From Mobula hypostoma (Eukaryota), in the NCBI RefSeq assembly GCF_963921235.1, contig NC_086107.1:103852001-103916000 (forward strand): a stretch of DNA of 64,000 nt. Direction: 5' to 3'. Each line of letters begins with the position of its first letter. Within the stretch, counting starts at the first letter, position 1. The notes under the pieces are model-generated. The model did no database searches and had not been told where the DNA came from. It worked only from the letters and a program-made list of their open reading frames with translations. Of the stretch, positions 60,482 through 64,000 are shown piece after piece. The position numbers were made by a program, and so were the translations under genes.

Positions 60482-61035
60482 ACAGTGGCCACTTTATTAG
60501 GTACAGGAATGGACCTAATAAAGTGCCCACAGAGTGGAGCCCGGCGTGGTCTCCTGCTGCTGTCGTCCATCCACTTCAAGGTTCAATGTGCTGTGTGTTC
60601 AGAGATGCTCTATTGTAATGTGTAGTTATTTGAGTTACTACCACCTTCCCATCAGCTTGAACCAGTCTGGCCATTCTCCTCCGACCTCTCCCATTAACAA
60701 GGTTTTTGCCCACAGAACTGCCACTTACCGTATGTTCTTATTTTTGGTTTTCACACGATTCTCTGTAAACTCTAGAGAAGGGGTTCCCAACCTGTTTTAT
60801 GCCATGGACCAATACCATTAAGCAAGGGGTCCATGGGCCCCAGGTTGGGAACCCCTAATCTAGAGACTGTTGTGTGTGAAAATCCCAGGGGATCAAGAGT
60901 TTCTGAGATACTCAAACCACCCCATCTGGCACCAATAATGATTCCACAGTCAAAGTGACTTAGCTCACATTTCTTCCTCATTCCGAAGTTTGGTCTGAAC
61001 AACTTTTGATCATGCTTGCATGCTTTTATACATTA
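60482..61035 (-). mobile_element. Tc1-like remnant
   Basis: TIR CAGTGGCCACTTTATTAGGTAC; MRKKCELSHFDCGIIIGAR peptide. Confidence 0.8.
60778..60857. mobile_element. 80-bp hAT/Charlie-like MITE with 8-bp TSD
   Basis: AGGGGTTCCCAACCTG...CAGGTTGGGAACCCCT terminal repeats; (C/A)TCTAGAG flanks. Confidence 0.8.
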
Positions 61036-61377
61036 TGGTGCTTCCTCGTGATAGGTACCACGCAAGAAGGACAAGGGAATCTGAAATAGATTATGTACCA
61101 GGCACCAGGCACTTCATTATGTCAAAACCACTGTGACAGACTGGACAAGAATAAGATTGGATGGCCCACCATCAGATTTAGACAGGCAATGATAGCTTCA
61201 GCCCAATCTCTGCCACATTAGCCTGTGAATACATTTAAACAGACATCCCACAGATGAATCAGGCATTAGCCTGGCAGAGTTGTTTTCAATCGCCACCCAA
61301 GCTGATGTTCAATCTGTCTGGCAGAATTGACCCACCAGAGGTTCAAAGTTCAAAGTAAATCTATTATCAATGTACGT

Positions 61378-61830
61378 ACATTCAGTGGCCACTTTATGAG
61401 GTACATCTGTACACCTGCTCATTAATGCAAACATCTAATCGGCCAATCATGTGGCAGCAACTCAATGCATAAAAGCCTGCAGACATGGTCAAAAGGTTCA
61501 GTTGGTGTTCAGGCCACACTTCAGAATGGGGGAAAAATGTGATCTAAGTGACTTTGACTGTGGAATCGTTGTTGGTGCCAGATGGGGTGGTTTGAGTATC
61601 TTAGGAAACTGTTGATCTCCAAGGATTTTCATATACAACAAGTTTCTAGAGTTTACAGGGAGTGGTGTGAGAAACAAAAAAAGCATTCAGTGGGCGGCAG
61701 TGTTGTGGGTGAAAATGTCTTGTTAATGAGAGAGGTCAAAGGAGAAGGGCCAGACTGGTTTCAAGCTGACAGGAAGGCGATGGTGGCCCAAATAACCATG
61801 TGTTACAACGGTGCTGTGCAGAAGACCATG
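61378..61830 (+). mobile_element. Tc1-like remnant
   Basis: TIR ACATTCAGTGGCCACTTTATGAGGTAC; MGEKCDLSDFDCGIVVGAR peptide. Confidence 0.8.
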
Positions 61831-62496
61831 AACGTGCACTCTGAGTTGATTTGCGCACTTTCTTTCAGTCAAGCTCCCGGCGCAGTTGTGTGACAGGTTT
61901 TTCAGCATTCCCAGGACTTAGCTTACCGCCCTAGCACATCTATTCAGTTTCTGTACTTTGCCCAACTGAGTGAAGCACGTAACTACTTGCTTCAGAGTTG
62001 GGAGTATGTCGTCCTGTACGTACAGCCTCGTACCCTGCCCCATGTGCTGTTTCTATCTGACATGGGGGTGGGGGGGGGGGAAGTGTTTACAGTCCACATA
62101 CAGAGAGGCAAAGTAGAATGATTTCCTTGCAAAGGTGACTATTAACAAAGGTCATTCTCAAAACAAAATTTTAAATACACAGAATTGCATTGAGCTGTGG
62201 TTTTATTGCCTAAAATAGGTGTGAACAAATATTTAAACAAGGTAAACCTATTGTCCCATCCCCAACTTGGACCGTATTTCTTCGGCTCTTTTCACCCTTA
62301 TACCTGCTTCCAGTGCTGTAATGATCCTTCACTCTGCCCTCAGCCTGCAGATGCAATAGTACTACAGTATTTCATAAGACCTACATGTTTCTTTTAATAA
62401 ATTCCCTCCCATCTACTGAACTTTTTTTTTAACTACACTTCCTTTATTTTGAACCATTATGCGCGTTTCCTCAAATATGTCTGTTTCCTCAAAGAT

Positions 62497-64000
62497 AAGA
62501 TATCCTGAAGTGGGAGGGTGAGGATCCAGAGGTCGTGGTACATATAGGTACCAATGACATAGGTAGGAAAAAGGAAAAGGTCCTGAAAGGAGAATATAGG
62601 GAGCTAGGAAGGGAGTTGAGAAAAAGGACCGCAAAGGTAGTAATCTCGGGATGACTGCCTGTGCCACGCGACAGTGAGAGTAGGAATGCAATGAGGTGGA
62701 GGATAAATGCGTGGCTGAGGGATTGGAGCAGGGGGCAGGGATTCAAGTTTTTGGATCATTGGGACCTCTTCTGGCGCAGGTGTGACCTGTACAAAAAGGA
62801 CGGGTTACACTTGAATCCTAGGGGAACCAATATCCAGGCGGGGAGATTTGCGAGGGCTACTGAGGTGATTTAAACTAGAATGGTTGGGGGGTGGGAATCA
62901 AATTAAAGAGACTAGGAGAGAGGAGGTTAGTTCACAACAGGGGGATGGGAACAAGTGCAGATAGACAGAGGGGTGTAAAATGAGGGTAGAAGCAAAAAGT
63001 AGTAAGGTGAAAAGTAAAAGTGGCAGGCTGGCAAATCCAGGGCAAAAATCAAAAAGGGCCACTTTTCAACATAATTGTATAAGGGCTAAGAGTGTTGTAA
63101 AAGCGAGCCTGAAGGCTTTGTGTGTCAATGCAAGGAGCATTCGTAACAAGGTGGATGAATTAAAAGTGCAGATTGTTATTAATGAATATGATATAGTTGG
63201 GATCACAGAGATATGGCTCCAGGGAGACCAAGGATGGGAGCTCAACATTCAGGGATATTCAATATTCAGGAGGGATAGACATGAAAGAAAAGGAAGTGGG
63301 GTAGCATTGCTGGTTAGAGAGGAGATTAATGCAATAGAAAGGAAGGACGTTAGCTGGGAGGATGTGGAATCGATATGGGTAGAGCTGCATAACACTAAGG
63401 GGTAGAAAACGCTGGTGGGAGTTGTGTACAGGCCACCTAACAGTAGTAGTGAGGTTGGGGATGGCATTAAACAGGAAATTAGAAATGTGTGCAATAAAGG
63501 AACAGCAGTTATGATGGGTGACTTCAATCTACATATAGATTGGGTGAACCAAATTGGTAAGGGTGCTGAGGAAGAGGATTTCTTAGAATGTATGCGGGAT
63601 GGTTTTTTGAACCAACATGTCGAAGAACCAACTAGAGAGCAGGCTATTCTAGACTGGGTATTGAGCAATGAGGAAGGGTTAATTAACAATCTTGTCATGA
63701 GAGCCCCTTGGGTAAGAGTGACCATAATATGGTGGAATTCTTCATTAAAATGGAGAGTGACATAGTTAATTCAGAAACAAAGGTTCTGAACTTAAAGAAG
63801 GGTAACTGTGAAGGTATGAGACGTGAATTAGCTAAGATAGACTGGCAAATGACACTTAAAGGGTTGACGGTGGATATGCAATGGCAAGCATTTAAAGATC
63901 GCATGAATGAACTACAACGATTGTTCATCCCAGTTTGGCAAAAGAATAAATCAGGGAAGGTAGTGCACCCGTGGCTGACAAGGGAAATTAGGGATAGTAT
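62497..64000 (+). mobile_element. CR1 LINE: ORF1 esterase (SGNH-like) C-terminus and ORF2 AP endonuclease, runs off the window
   Basis: VVVHIGTNDIG...LYKKDGLHLN; then NARSIRNKVDEL, VGITEIW, GVVYRPP, MGDFN, AILDWVL; a few stops and frameshifts. Confidence 0.92.

Noticed and set aside
61927..62013. 87-nt open minus-strand segment ending at a GTAAGC donor
   Set aside because: The acceptor lacks a pyrimidine tract and the peptide is unrecognisable.

Overview
Repeat-dense vertebrate genomic DNA. The repeat content (V-SINE/HE1-like SINEs, CR1, Rex1/Babar, RTE, Penelope-like elements, Tc1 remnants) points to a cartilaginous fish, probably a ray; this is inference. No intact protein-coding gene, rRNA, true tRNA gene or CRISPR array is recognisable, and nearly all ORFs in the track are transposon fragments or their antisense shadows. 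Largest elements: a near full-length decayed RTE-BovB-like LINE (4183-7490, minus), two internally deleted Gypsy-type LTR elements of one family (15739-18459, 48186-51217), a solo LTR, a fossil pogo/Tigger transposase, and a CR1 running off the right edge. Many Penelope-like (PLE) insertions carry a minimal hammerhead ribozyme (HHR) motif, several as tiny or palindromic inserts with target-site duplications (TSDs). Host-like signals: a CpG-rich CCAAT/GC-box promoter near 31.3 kb with splice donors pointing outward on both strands, a few candidate short exons, and a CTCF-like site at 41.8 kb. Four short segments are copied from 0.4-3 kb away, suggesting templated repair or old local duplication. 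Family names were assigned by eye, without database searches, and boundaries of old elements are approximate.
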